Numbered from the whole stretch's first letter, positions 12,101 through 25,029 are shown. The stretch is 57,627 nt of DNA, filler included, from Sphacelaria rigidula (GCA_964200075.2; 8 parts of 8 records of this genome joined end to end with filler, not necessarily neighbours in it); one strand, 5' to 3'. A program made the numbers and translations. The notes: generated from the letters alone by a model not told the origin.

Positions 12101-12914
12101 TACCTGTCCAAAGCGAGGATGGAGATGAGTGCAGCGTATGCCAACAAGCGAACGCGCCAAGCAGACTTGAGAGAGTTTTTGCCGACGGAATGAGTGGGGA
12201 GATGCGGGAGCTAATGCAAGTCATGGGTGGTTTCTTTGGTGGTTGCTTTACTGATGTTTTCTATCGGGTAGCCCGTAGCATCTACGCCCGAGCACAGCCA
12301 CGGGAGGAGTCGTGTCTAGTTTGCTGCATCGGTATGTTTATTTTTCGAGGTCGTTTGTTTCTCTCTCCTTGTCTCGGTAGCCGGTAGGGAGTGAAAAGGG
12401 GGTTGTTTCATTCTTTCTCGCTCACTCCTTTTGGTGGGCGGTGTACTATTTCGTGATTTTTCTTCCACACCAGATACCGCACCTTCATAGTTGCGTTGGG
12501 TGCAGATGTGTCTTTTGTTTTTCTTGTCGGGAAGGTCTTTCGGCATGAGCAACGTTTGTGGCCGTACTGCTGCTGTTGTGCTAGTAGGGAAGGAAATGAT
12601 CAACCTGTGAACAGGATCAATCAAGTTGAATGTGAAGAACGAAAAAACATCGGGTTGAGTTCTGCTACCCCGAAACCCTACGTGACGTATCCTATCGAAA
12701 CCCCTTGAAACAAAGGTCCTCGTCCGTTTTGTGCTTCCGTTGGTCCCACGAAGGGCAAGCGTAGGTAGCACTGTACGAACGGGCGGTCGTCAGTAGTGCC
12801 AAAACCGGCACTACTGAGGTATTCAGAGCCCTCAATTGCACCTGCTTTGGCACTTTTCAGAGTAGTGCCGGTGTCCGTGGTGGACACATACCGGCACTTT
12901 TCATAGCCTCACCG
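9139..12914 (+). mobile_element. Decayed pogo/Tigger-like DNA transposon (right boundary approximate)
   Basis: Left end TA|CAGTGGGGGCTCTCAGTTGTGCCG. Subterminal CAGTAGTGCC/GGCACTACTG repeats occur at both ends (9150-9235, 12790-12900). Contains a transposase pseudogene. Confidence 0.75.
9337..12193 (+). pseudogene. pogo/Tigger (CENP-B HTH + DDE_1) transposase pseudogene, three exons: ~9337-9793, 10472-11369, 11587-12193
   Basis: HTH RARLTIKQKMEVVRLLDQ...IADRFG. Catalytic motifs IFNVDETG, LLLMDGCLSH and HQLMDQGII. GT-AG introns. Disabled by frameshifts (~9500, ~9770), stops at 11321 and 11624, and an apparent deletion after PRRTYV. Confidence 0.9.
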
Positions 12915-15519
12915 AGAGGAGTCTAGCCCACTCCCCCGATTCCCTTGGTCCCGAGGTTTCCAGAACGACCTCTGACCAAAAATCACAGCTAGACAAAAAA
13001 TGTGGTGTCTGCAGATATTTTTGCGCAATACGAATTTGACTTTTACATATTATACTAGTAATCTCACGAAAATTTATGCTCGATTCATGCTCGCATTCTC
13101 GAAAATATATATTCTCGGTTGTGCTCGTGATATCTAACAAGGATACCATTTTCGACCGGATACAGACACATCGATCACCATCAGGCGGGCATTTTTGTAC
13201 TGTCATCAGTATCAGTGAATTTCTAGTTTCAGAGCGTACACGTATTTCAGGCCCGCGGTCGATGATGGTAGAGTTTTCGTCCAAAAATTTGCAGCAGGCC
13301 AGTATTTTGACTAGTGTGCCAACCCCTAAGGTGGAGAATTATGCCCGATTATCCTCCTAATGCGGAAATTATGCTCGAGTATGCTACTTGCTGAAAGCCT
13401 ATGCTATTTGTGCTACCAAGGTGGAATTATGCCAGAAATTATGCTAGCATGACAAGTAAAAGCCTAAATACAAAGTATCGAACACGTGTGATGGTGGTAT
13501 CCTTGTTTGGGGTGCAAAAACCGTGACAAATGTCCCGAAAGTGAAAAATACGCCTCCCAAAAATGTATCAACCGTAAGAAAAGGTCCAAACGTACCACTT
13601 TTCCTCGCAGTTTTTTTCCTTCCACAAATGTTTTGCTGTTTATTTCTTCTGGGTGGGCTTACCTCAGTTCGTCGAAAATGAGCGATGGTTGACACATGCT
13701 TCGTTCATTGTCAAATATTTGGAGCCGTTGCGATGAGAGGCTGAAGGGAAAAGTTTGGTCTCGCCCTATCCGCCACCCAGGACCGCTTCGAGAGTCCTCT
13801 GGCGAGGGCGACAAACTTGGTTTCCTGAGCAAAAGCTGCACGTGGGCAGGACTCAAATCGACCCACACGCGCCGATTCAATGCCTTGGCCGCAAGGGTGC
13901 TTCATCTGAGTCATGCATACTTTCTTCAAGTGAAATTAAAACTGATTCGAAAGATTACCTACTCTTGCCGTCGAAGGGTTAAGCCACAAGCTGCGCACAC
14001 TCTACGCGAGAGCGCTTGGCACTGTGATGTCGTCAAAGACCCGAATTGGGTGACGTGTAGTAAAACCAAGTATATATGCAACCATCACTCATTTTAGCCC
14101 AGCTGGGGTGAATGAACTCTTGTGACTGTGCAAACTCTGGTTTTTGCTTTGCGCGTGGCTTTTTCTGGATTCTTCGTGGAGCCGATTTCAGGAAAATATA
14201 CGACGCCCTTTGGGGGCAAGATGGCATTAACCGGAGTCGGCTTATTTTGCTCCCCCCCCCCCCCCCCCCCCCCCCAGCCCAGCCTATACCCCAGAACAAC
14301 ACATACTTCATCCCACCGCACCACAATAACACNNNNNNNNNNNNNNNNNNNNNNNNNNNNNNNNNNNNNNNNNNNNTTAATTAATTAANNNNNNNNNNNN
14401 NNNNNNNNNNNNNNNNNNNNNNNNNNNNNNNNGAAGCAACGACAGAGAGGAAGGTCCTTATCCGTGTCCTTTGTGTGTCCTCGCTCGGCGATTACTAATC
14501 GCTCGAGAGACTGGCATCATCGATGCTACCAGCATGTACCCAATTTTCCATGTGCCAGAACATCGAGGTGCGGAGAGATTCCGTCTATTCTTGCCTGTGG
14601 CCAATGCGAAAATGGATTTCTCTCTGCCTCTCTTTTTGGACCGGACGCGCCTCTGTGCGCTGAAAAATATGTCGTTGAAAAATAGGGCAATGTTCCCGTC
14701 ACAGCTACTACTGTTCTGTGTCACACACATGCCATCAAGGGCGGTGGTGCGGCGAAAACAGCAGATGTATCCAACTTGAACTTGGGGAGTGTTATACATC
14801 GTTAATTTCTCCCGACATGTCTGTGAGCGACCCTCTGGGTGCCCAACGACAATAGCGTGCGAGACGTCACTTGGAGGGGGGGGGTGTATGGGACATCAAA
14901 CACTTGTGGACACCTTCTTGACACGCGGAGTGAAAAAATATACCTATGGTAGTGATCTAACCGTTGCGAGCGTGCTGCAGAGGGGGGCGTCCATGCTGCA
15001 ATCTGGAGCACGCGCGCTGGCTGCGTGAACACCTCGGTACAGTAGCTTTCAAAAAATAATTCCGATGTGACGAGATCACGCACTACCACCTGGGGCGAGA
15101 TATGAACCCACGAAGAACAAGGGTGCTCTATGATCAACCACTTGTCGTTGCATTTGACACCCACGCCATCAACCGCCAACCTCAAAGGTCTTGTGGCTTT
15201 CAAGCAACGCTGGCGGCAGTACGGCAGGCAAACCCGATCATAGATAGTTTTCATCGCTCTACTGGACTAGCTGGCGTCTGCATAGAGATTGCTCGGCGTA
15301 GCAACATGTACCAAATTTCGCAACCTCTGTAAAAACAAAACAGTTCGGTTTCCCAACTACATAAACATGATTAAAATGACTCTAATGGTCTGAGGGAAAG
15401 TGACCGCTTTGGGTCCGTCGACGCATGCGAAGATACTGTAAAACAGCAATGCCAAACTTTCCTGACAAGGGGATACCACAATCAGAACAGAACGGAACGG
15501 AAATTGACCGTTGAACATT

Positions 15520-15830
15520 CTTATTAGAAAGCAACGGGCATCGAACGGTTTGCAGGTTGGAAAACGCGGAATTTCATAGAGGAGAACCTATATGTTTCCC
15601 CGCGAGTGTTACATGCGATTGCAAAATCTCTGTCGTTCTTCTTGTATATCTGACGGGAAGACAGGGAAGCCACAGTTTTAGGGAGATCGGGAGGGATGAG
15701 GTCGTCCATATGAAAGTCATTTGTCATGGCTTTACATCAGGGAAGACACTACTTTTGAGTTGAACCTCATTTTTTCTTCAACCCTATTTTTGAGAATCTG
15801 CTGTGAAATCTGTGGTGACACGCTTTTTTG
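15520..15830 (-). repeat. Fragment of repeat family F
   Basis: Reverse-complement similarity to 57255-57400; also similar to 43297-43350. Confidence 0.6.
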
Positions 15831-16349
15831 GCTCCTCGAAAAGAGAAACGCCATTCGCACTGCTCGATGCATGTCGCGCAGTAAGATAGGGTGTGTTTTG
15901 ATCGAGGCCACCATTCCCTTTCCTCACCCGAGTTAGTGTTGTAGCTGGTGTGATGCATGTCTGCTGGGAGCAACTCTCGACCCTGCCGTGCGATACATTC
16001 CCGACAACGGACGGCAAAAACCGCCGTATCCAGCCACAATGTCCCGCGCCGGCCACCCTGTGAGTCCATCGGTCGTCCGTTCACCGCGAGGTATGGTCAT
16101 CGACCAATACAAGCAACTTAGTTTAGTTGAGCATGTACACATAGACATGCGGTCGACAAGACATAAATAAATGTACGGTCATCTCACCAGGCGTTCTTCC
16201 ACGAAATCTGACCTTGTTTTAGAAAGTGGATGTTGCCTAAAAAGCACCTGACCATCCTCCAGCTGCATGCGGTCAGATCTTGCTGTGGACGGTGGAAGTG
16301 ATGTTTAACAGTGTAAGCGCAGGTCAATAATATGCGGTGGCCCGTCACG

Positions 16350-16515
16350 TCCGGCGGTCATCCGTGAAGTCAAACTTTCGTGTACCCGCCACAAAGTCGC
16401 TTTTCACGGTTGAACATGATGTGAGGCAAAATTCCATCTGGTATGGCTACACCAAGACTCGAACCCACGTCTTAACCGTCAGAAGGTTTTCAGGTTACCA
16501 ACTGAGCCACCGGGG
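16350..16515 (-). mobile_element. tRNA-derived SINE, 5' part
   Basis: Minus strand reads CCCCGGTGGCTCAGTTGGTAACC...GGGTTCGAGTC, i.e. Pol III A and B boxes. The body continues as in 33055-33393. No complete cloverleaf. Confidence 0.75.
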
Positions 16516-16939
16516 TAACTGGCCTCGTGTACTGCAACTTTGTAGGCTATGAAACTCAGTGCTGGGAAACCCAGCTGAAGTCATGTTTCATGTATGTATA
16601 CTTCGTCTATTCCAAGCCAATCACGACGAGCGGTTCCGAGACAACTCAAACTAAATAACTGGGCACTCTCTTGGTGTATGACACATATTCATACCATTGC
16701 CCGAAATTCCAGTTCTTGTATTTGCATGACCGCAGGTAAAAACGGTGGAGATCGCATACTCCAGCGGAAATCGCCGGGCTCATACCCACGCATTCCTGGC
16801 CACACTGTTTCATGACTTCGAGGCGCAGGCAAGACACGTCATGAAGCTTTTGGCACCATCCTTGGCCCTCGAACCTCATTCCGAAAATACTCTCAACACT
16901 GTCAAGCAAAAGCGGAACAGTTGAAAAGGTTCGAACAGC

Positions 16940-18430
16940 ATGGGAACGTTGGAGACGGAAAACGACTCCAACGAAGTACTCGGCGGTGCCATATCCAAGC
17001 CGACCACCGGCACAACAGACGCAGCACAAGAGGTAGGGGAACAGGTCGATTCGATGGCACATGACCTCCCCGTCGGATCTACTCTGGCGACCGCCCCACA
17101 GGGCAACTCCCAGAGTCCGGAACCCTTTTCGCAGAGGCTACCCCGAGTCGACAATATCTCAGGTAGCAGTGATCGTGGTGCAATCTTGAGAAATTACGGG
17201 GCCACGACTTTGTTGCTAGGATGTATTGCGGCGTTGTCGCGCCATCGTCACGTGAACTCCAGCACAAGCACCGCATCCTCCTCAAAGAAAGTGGCACTGG
17301 CGGTGGGGGGCGACATCACCACAAATACTGAGGTTCCGTCAGCCTTGTCCATCGTTGCCCCAATTTCAGTAAGCATCGCCCCCCATTCACCACTCATCCT
17401 GCAGCGAGCAGATCCTAATCCCAGGGCGGCTTTGGCCGTAGATTTCGTCACTTGGGTTTCACTGGCAATAGGTTCCAGCGCCTACGGAAAATCTTATCTA
17501 CGCGATACCCGAGACCCCTTGGGACTTCTAGCCCTGCAAGGTCTGACGGGCGTGGTCGTGTTAGTTGGGTTGGAAAGGTGTGGAATACTGGATCTGAAGC
17601 CGGGGCGCGAGTTGTGCACGGCCGTGCGCGGGCGGACGAGGTGGGCGCCGATATTGCATGCCAGCCAGGCTCTGCTAACCAATGTCGCCGTGCTCTGTGG
17701 AGGGGTCGCCGCGACAAACGCCCTGAAGGCTATGGAGCCTGTAGCAGTCGTGATCCTGTCATATTTCTTGCTGGGAAAGAAAATGGCTGGCACCCGGCTC
17801 GTTGCGATCTTCACGATAGTCCTTGGTATCGTTGTGTTTACCTCCAAGAGCGGCGGAGACACGGAAGGAGGAGCAAGTAACGTGGGCACTAGCATGGGCA
17901 CCGGCTCTGGAAATAGAGGTGGCGAAGGCTTGGATGTTTTCAAGTCTGCCTTGGTGACCTTTGCTGCTGTCTGCTGCAACGCGCTTCGTAACGTAGTGTT
18001 GAAACAGGGAGATCCAGTCCCCCCTCATGCTACTCTATTTGTGTGCAGTGTGGCGGCAGCGGTTGTCGGTGCTGGTTTGCTCGTCTCCCGGCTTCTGCTG
18101 CAAGCCTCAACAATGTCACCTCATGTTACGGAGCTATCGCCATTATCGGACTCGGACGATTCTAGTTCTTGGTTGCACTTGGCTGGGATCAACGCCGCAC
18201 TGTGCTTTGTGGGCCACAGCTTCGCGTCATTTAATCTCCTGGCGTTTCTTAGTCCAGTAGGCCATGCCGTGGGGAATTCGTGCAAGCGAATACTGGTATG
18301 TGCGAGCGTCTTCATCGTACTAGGGGAGGTCATGTCCTGGAGGCAGTTAGCTGGCACATCGGTGGCTCTATGTGGAGTTGTAGGATACAACACAGCCGGA
18401 TTATGGCGTGAGGTCTCTTTGACAAAGTAA
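16940..18430 (+). CDS. Triose-phosphate translocator (TPT) / SLC35E-like DMT-superfamily transporter, single uninterrupted ORF
   Basis: 496-aa ORF with roughly 9-10 hydrophobic segments. Family motifs TNALKAMEP, NALRNV and LSPVGHAVGNSCKR. In-frame stop upstream at 16922. Confidence 0.88.
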   Translation: MGTLETENDSNEVLGGAISKPTTGTTDAAQEVGEQVDSMAHDLPVGSTLATAPQGNSQSPEPFSQRLPRVDNISGSSDRGAILRNYGATTLLLGCIAALSRHRHVNSSTSTASSSKKVALAVGGDITTNTEVPSALSIVAPISVSIAPHSPLILQRADPNPRAALAVDFVTWVSLAIGSSAYGKSYLRDTRDPLGLLALQGLTGVVVLVGLERCGILDLKPGRELCTAVRGRTRWAPILHASQALLTNVAVLCGGVAATNALKAMEPVAVVILSYFLLGKKMAGTRLVAIFTIVLGIVVFTSKSGGDTEGGASNVGTSMGTGSGNRGGEGLDVFKSALVTFAAVCCNALRNVVLKQGDPVPPHATLFVCSVAAAVVGAGLLVSRLLLQASTMSPHVTELSPLSDSDDSSSWLHLAGINAALCFVGHSFASFNLLAFLSPVGHAVGNSCKRILVCASVFIVLGEVMSWRQLAGTSVALCGVVGYNTAGLWREVSLTK

Positions 18431-18519
18431 TGATCTGTTGCTACTTACGGGCATAGTAGAGGCAGAATCAATGGCTTCGGTATAATCTCTACATGTTGAG
18501 ATGTGGGCCTTGACCCGGG

Positions 18520-18745
18520 AGTGTACTGATGATCTTGCATGCCGTAGTCGTATGGCCTTTGACCTCGCATCCCTACAAAGCCGGGACGGAGCACGCCGCG
18601 TTTTCGCCGCACCAGGCTCGTAATCACCAAGCGCGAAGCGCCGTGAAGTGTTCAGCGAGTCGCATGGAGGGTGACCGGCATCCTGCTTTGACGTTCGGCC
18701 CAAAGCGTACTGATCATCTTGCTATAGGTGACAGCCTCAAATTAG
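18520..18745 (+). repeat. Repeat family E copy
   Basis: 45-bp module followed by TACAAAGCCGGGACGGAGCACGCC, as at 21343. Confidence 0.75.
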
Positions 18746-19029
18746 TGGGGTGTATTTAGGGTATTATTATCTGTGATATTGAAGGATTTTCCTATGAAGG
18801 CTCACGAGTACCTTGTGATTAAATGTCCTGGTCCACACGAGGAGAGGCTCTGACCGAGCTGCGCTTCTTGTGAGCTGGCCTCCACATGGTGAGATGTGTA
18901 TGCAATAAGCCAAGATGGTCTGGCACAGTGGGAAGTACAAAATACGACACGATACAAACGAGGAAACCTTCACCCGAGCCAAGGCTCACCGGTAGGGACT
19001 CGACTGGCCCGCACGATCAAGAAATATGG

Positions 19030-19340
19030 TTAATTGATTGATTGATTGATTGTCGCACATTTACAGTCTCCTCCCGGGGGCCAGCAGTGGTCGCATGATA
19101 GCCGTGCCCGAGACGAAACAAAACGAAAACACTCGCTGCAGGGAAGGGAAGAACGCGAAAAGGTGGAACACCCACACTGAGTAAATTGAAAAGAAAACAA
19201 ACGAACAAGCAAGCAAGCAAGCAAACGAAACAAGGACAACCATAGTAGAAGCCTAGAAATCTCGGGACTCTGCAACATGCCTTCAGGTGGAAAGGGTCTT
19301 GCGCAACAGCAGATGCATTCGCTCCCAATCGAGGACGAAA
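19030..19340 (-). mobile_element. 3' end of a non-LTR retroelement with a (CAAT)n tail
   Basis: Minus strand ends GTGCGACAATCAATCAATCAATT. Segment 19270-19335 resembles 2305-2385. The same tail motif occurs at ~35065-35105 and ~35577-35610. Confidence 0.55.
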
Positions 19341-21342
19341 ACAAACTATGTTTCATCTATTTCGGCCAATCTATTGTGGGTAATGAGTTCTCGTTCATAA
19401 ATCCTGTCGGAACGAGGTACCAAACAGCGACTTGCATACACCGGGAGGGAAGAAGACCCGTAGAGAGATGTGGGCAGAAAGGGAGCAGAAAGGAAGAAAC
19501 TAGGGAACATCGCAAGACCATCGACCAAGGGTAGAATCAACGATCGATAGGTGATGATATCCCAAGCCAGTTGTGACTAGCTACAACAACGTTTTCGTGA
19601 GATTGAGAGTAGAGCTGATTGAGAGTGGCTTTGGCCATTCGCTTTAAGTTGGCCATTTTTCAATTCCGTGTGTGCTTTTCTTTCCCTCTATCACTAGCGT
19701 ATACTTACAGCTACACGTCGATATCCTACTCAGGGATATCAAGGGCCTCAGTGGCAAGCTACTACAGAAAGCATATTGGGCCTCGTGGAGGGGTATTTCG
19801 GAACTGAAACGATTGCTTCACTAATTGACCGCTTTTCACTCTCAATCGTATCTTCTACTCTCAAGCTCACGGAATCATTGTTCTACGTGGTCAATGAGGT
19901 AGCTGTTCATACCGAAAGCGACTCAAAGCCAAATGAGAGAGACGGGATGGTGACAACTTCTTTTCTCAAAATCCCCCAAAACCCATTGTGTGGTCATCAG
20001 CCAATACCAGCGGAAACAAAAAGAAGTGACATGCACGAAAAGATCCGGTGAATCCTGACCAGTAATGACCCGGTTTCATCAAACCTGCACAACTCAACAC
20101 ACAATACTTTCTTGCGGAGAAACGCTCGGACTCACCCATGCGTCATGATCAAATTTATCCCCTCGAGCACATTGACCGAGACAGAGCTCGGAGTTTCAAC
20201 ATCGAAATCTTCCAATAAGTCGGTGTCTTGCACATAACATGAGGGTTTCAGCAGGCATGGACTCACTTGGCCCGCCATCACATGACAGTCAAGTATCTCC
20301 CATCGGCACAAGGGGAGGATACTACTGTACGTCGATGCGGTATTTTTTCGTATACTCTGACATTGTCATTATGCAAGAAACGCCTCCGAAATACCATAAC
20401 AATAGTCTACTCTGACACGCATGCCTGCAGTAGCTCATACGTGAACGACTACGTTTCACAATCCCCCCTCCACCACACAAAAAACAAGCAGCAGTACCCC
20501 ATCATCTTAGCGGTGCTGCGGAAGCAACGGTCCCCACGAACCATGGTAAACACGATAAAAATATGACGGTTCTTCTCATCGTCATCAGCTGCCAGGGACA
20601 TGCAACAAAAGGTGCAGTACCTTCCGTACATAACGATCATTCATGCGGAGGCATTACTATACCATGAGAAGTGGGTCTCCCGCGGAGGAATTTCACGTGA
20701 ATCGGTTTCTGTGGTGTAACGAACAGGTAGACCGCTAACATATTAAAGTCACGAACATGGCAGTCAATTCATGCAATGAACCTACACTCGTCCCCGACGG
20801 TAGATGCGACAGGCACTGCATCGCAGAGGTAATTCCTCGAGGCTGAGCTAATCCACCGTATGTGCATCTATAGATTGTCACGTGCTGCCGAGTACGCCGA
20901 GGTTGATAGTTCGGTAAAACAGCAACATGTATCATGCTGCCCAACGATGTACATAAGGGCCAACCTTGGCGTTGTGGCCGGTCATTTATAATGTCGAAAG
21001 GAAAGCCAAGTCCGGTACGCACAACTGTCGGAGATGAATCCGCAGCGGGTTCCTCGGCGCATTTTGAACAGTGACACCGAGCATGGGTGTGCATGTACAC
21101 AAACCGGTGCAAAGCGTATACAACTTCAAACCGCCCAAGTCTTTAGGTAGGATTATTTCAGTCCAGTCCACACACACTGAAAACGCAGGAGAAAGACTGG
21201 CACAAAACAAGGGGACGAGGGATGTATTATAGAACGCACCCCTGGTTCCGCTACAAGGGTAACACAAACATGGTACTCTAAATACTAACGCAGAAGGGCG
21301 CCAGACAAAGCGTTGAACAACCAGACCATGCCACGGGAGAGG

Positions 21343-21548
21343 GGGGTGTACTCATGATCTTGCATGCCATAGTCATATAGCCATTGTCCTCGCATTTCTA
21401 CAAAGACGGGACGGAGCACGCCGGGTTTTCGCCGGACTAGGCTCGTGATCGACCATCAAGCGCGAACCGCCGTGATGTGCTCGGCGAGTCGCATGAAGGG
21501 TGAGCCGCATCCTGCTAAGATTGTTCGGCCCGAAGCGTACTGATTATC
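21343..21548 (+). repeat. Repeat family E copy, cut by the contig end
   Basis: Similar to 18520-18745. Confidence 0.75.
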
Positions 21549-21648
21549 NNNNNNNNNNNNNNNNNNNNNNNNNNNNNNNNNNNNNNNNNNNNTTAATTAA
21601 TTAANNNNNNNNNNNNNNNNNNNNNNNNNNNNNNNNNNNNNNNNNNNN

Positions 21649-22062
21649 GTGAGCTGCATCCTGCTAAGATTGTCCGACCCGAAGCCCACTGATTATCTCG
21701 CATTTGGATGACAGCCTACAATGAGTTTTCTGGTATCGCCACTTCCAGAGACAGCCACAACTTCTACACCGCCACATGGTTGTCTCACCATGTGAACACT
21801 ACGTGGTACGATCATACGTGGTACGATCATCCCCATTGTGCGGAGTTGAGGTTCTCCCACGCCGCACAAAATGATGTAGCTCGACCACCATCATGCTTAC
21901 CGCAAAAAAACGCAAGTGTGCAGAAAAATCGATGACCTGGTTGCCTAGCTTACGCAGTGAGTGGCGTATTTTATAGCGTCATCGCCAACCGACGCCAATC
22001 CCATCGGGGGTCCACCCCTACAAAGCCGGGACAGAGCACGCCGGGTTCTCGCCGGACCAGGC
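21649..22062 (+). repeat. Repeat family E copy, cut by the contig start, followed by a second body start at ~22015
   Basis: Colinear with 6600-6945. Confidence 0.7.
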
Positions 22063-22277
22063 TGATGCATCACATGAGGGAGTGGACTGCACCGAAGTGG
22101 GGACGAATTATGTTATATCTTGTCACGCACAGTGACACCTTGGGGACAAAGTTGGAGTACATACGCGATCCACCTCGACGTCATCGTCTCCGCTCGAGTC
22201 GTCTGTTTGATGTTGTGTAGTCCGCTGTCATATGCACTGTGTGCAATTTTCGTGAGCGAGTGATGACGTGACAGCTG

Positions 22278-22525
22278 ACCCCCCCCCTCAAAAAAAAAAG
22301 TGGCTGGTTTGAGGAGGCGAAGTCCACAAACGAATCAAAATGACAAACGCTGAGCACACCGAGCTGCTGGAAACTCTCACGTTTGGAAGCGTTTGCGCCA
22401 ATGTTGCCCACATGGGGCGCTTCATCCAGTCTACAACCCTCCATCATCCGCTCTATAGCCGTTCTCTTCGTAACAGTTTTAGCGGCTGGTTTGGGGGGGA
22501 GGGGGGGCAGGGGCTATCGCTGCAC
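22278..22525 (-). mobile_element. MITE family C, diverged copy
   Basis: Reverse-complement similarity to 41139-41386, with C-run and G-run ends. Confidence 0.6.
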
Positions 22526-24379
22526 CACTCAATCCTCAAAACTACGTGAAAGAAAAGAATCTGCCGAGGCGCAACACTGCTTGGAGCATAGCCTGCTGTC
22601 TGCTATAGGACATTGCGGTATGTTCGATGCTGTCGAATGCACATACACTCGCGGCGCACGATTCAGCGAGCATGTTGCAGTTGCCGATGCATTGCTTTGT
22701 GGTGTGATATGCCCACTCACCCAATGAAGATATGAACGTGTCAGTCACGCATGACCAAGTTGCTGTACCCGGCAAAATACTTGGCTTGGGTGCTCTGTTT
22801 GATGGGACATTTCGCGGTGCTGTCTCAAGAGGACTGAGAATGAAATGGTCCCATGATTTATCATCATCCATGATTCCACGGGTCGGACGAATCATCGTCG
22901 TTTCTAATCACCCGATGCACGATTTTTCAGGCCTGGTTTCTCGAAAGAGAGAGAAGTTGATCGCTGGTCAAAAAGGTCTCCATGCAATTTTTGCGCCACT
23001 CCGCGTGACTGGGGTGCGCGTGCCTTGGTTTCAACACTGAAAACAAAGCCTAATGATTGATTCGTACGGTACGAATCGAGTACACTAAAATCAAGTGATT
23101 TCCAGACAACTCTTTAATTCGTCTGACTCTTACATGGTTCTATCCTCAGGAGCCCCAACGAGACATACTGATTTTGCCAGTTTGTACTTTATTACGCCAA
23201 CTATTTCTCGAGACCTTCCAGATTCTGGTTGGCGACAACAACCCCCACACACGCCGCCAACAAATCCGATGCAGGGAAAGCTTCGAAGCTTACAATGCAT
23301 ATTAGCCAGATGTTTATTTTGGAGCACGGCGAGCAACCGCAAGATGGAAGACTGGCAATCGCGGCTGTTCCGTGGGGGCATCGTCGATATAAGGCACAAG
23401 ACTTTCACGTGCATGTATTGAACCAATCCGCGTAGGTGAAACGGGAGTGGTGTCCCGTATCGGCCTTGATTCGATGCGAGTCTTGTCTTGTCCCGCATCG
23501 ATGGATGCAGTGGAGCTTGCACGATTCCGTCGTCGTATCACTACAGCAGTGTGCGACCACCAGATTCGGATCTTCAATGGGGTGACAGTCCAGATTGCCC
23601 ACATCCTACGCGACACGTGTTTTTGCCACCTATTTGAGCTCTGTCAACGCGCCCCTTGCCTAGGACACTGTGTAGCCGGCCCTACCCGAGTGTTCTCGGT
23701 ATGCCTTGGACTGGGGTTAGGGTCAGGGTTACAGTTATATCTAGAATGCTTCTACCATCGTGATTTGACGACGAACCGCGTAAACTCGCCTTGCTCGATT
23801 AAGGCGAGCAGGCGCTGCCAACAACTCTTGAGTTGGTGCTGCGAAAATGAAGACCGAAGTCATTGGGACGTACGTGGGTGGAGAGCAGTAATCACCCTCC
23901 TTGAGAACTTATTCTTTGAACAATTTATTGCGCGGAATGCGTCCCTTGTTCAGTTGTATTTGCGTGTTGTGGGCATGCTGTCGGCGGCTCTCCCACCTCC
24001 TCACGGATAATGCAACACACGAGACAACCAACAAACAGTATGTGCGTACATGATTGGGCTTGCACCACTGTACTCGTCGTCGAAATCCAAGATGAGTTCC
24101 AGCAAGTGGGGATCGATATGCAAACACTCACATGACTTGTATGTGTGTATGACAAACATCTGATTGCTGTACGAAATATAAACGCCTGGCCTTAACTGAA
24201 ACGGTTTTCGTCTTTTGACGTAAACGATGCCAGTAATGTTTCTGTAGAGGGCACATCATGGCCGTTCGCGACTTGTTAACATGTCAAGAGAGGCCGCCGC
24301 GTGTCCAACAGAGCGTGCTTAGAGCGTATTACACATTCACACAGCGGGACGCTTGCGGACATGGTCATTGATTCCATGA

Positions 24380-24647
24380 GGTGTGTTCACCACTTGGTCG
24401 ACGAAGAAATTTCTCGTAAACATCATTTTTGAAATAACGCTAACCCTAACCTTAACCCCAACCCAGGGCAAACCGAGAACCCTCGGGCGAGGGGGGTGTG
24501 AAGCGATCCTTTGGAAGAGTGTGGCGTTGGTAGATCTCAAAACGGCGCCGATTTTGACGAAAACGCGTTCTGCGCACGCGAGGGGCAGTTGGGGAATCGG
24601 CCCCGCTAAAGATCCGAATATAGGTGTTGATACTCAAGTCAAGTGAA
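24380..24647 (+). mobile_element. MITE family B copy
   Basis: GTGTGTTCACCACTT...CTAACCCTAACCTTAACCCCAACCC...; colinear with 42682-42963. Confidence 0.7.
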
Positions 24648-25029
24648 AAAATCCGGGAAGGTTCTAATCAATCGAGTGGCAAACACTACTGTATGCCATG
24701 CATTGTGCATTGTACAGTGCAGTACAACCCTTCCCTCCTTTCCCCCCCAAAACTGGATGCCGTGTGCATGATGTGACCGCGCGAACGCATCGTAACAGGA
24801 ACGTGACTAATGTGCTGTACTACGGGACCGGGGCCGTTGAAAGTGACGATTTGAACAATTGAGGGTTTGTGCTGCACCCGACAATTGTTCTTGATGAGTA
24901 TGATCGGACAGGGTTACCCCGAGCGTGCTTCCATTGGGCGAAACTGAACCCTGACCCGATCACAGTAAGGTGCCTACTTCTCGTCTTCCTGTTGGCATCC
25001 CACATGACTGTGACTATTTCACACGTAGG

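Noticed and set aside
16455..16515. Functional tRNA gene
   Set aside because: A and B boxes are present but no acceptor stem closes, and the sequence continues into a SINE body seen elsewhere.
21500..21697. True overlap joining contigs 3 and 4
   Set aside because: The 49-bp similar ends differ at 5 positions and belong to multicopy family E.
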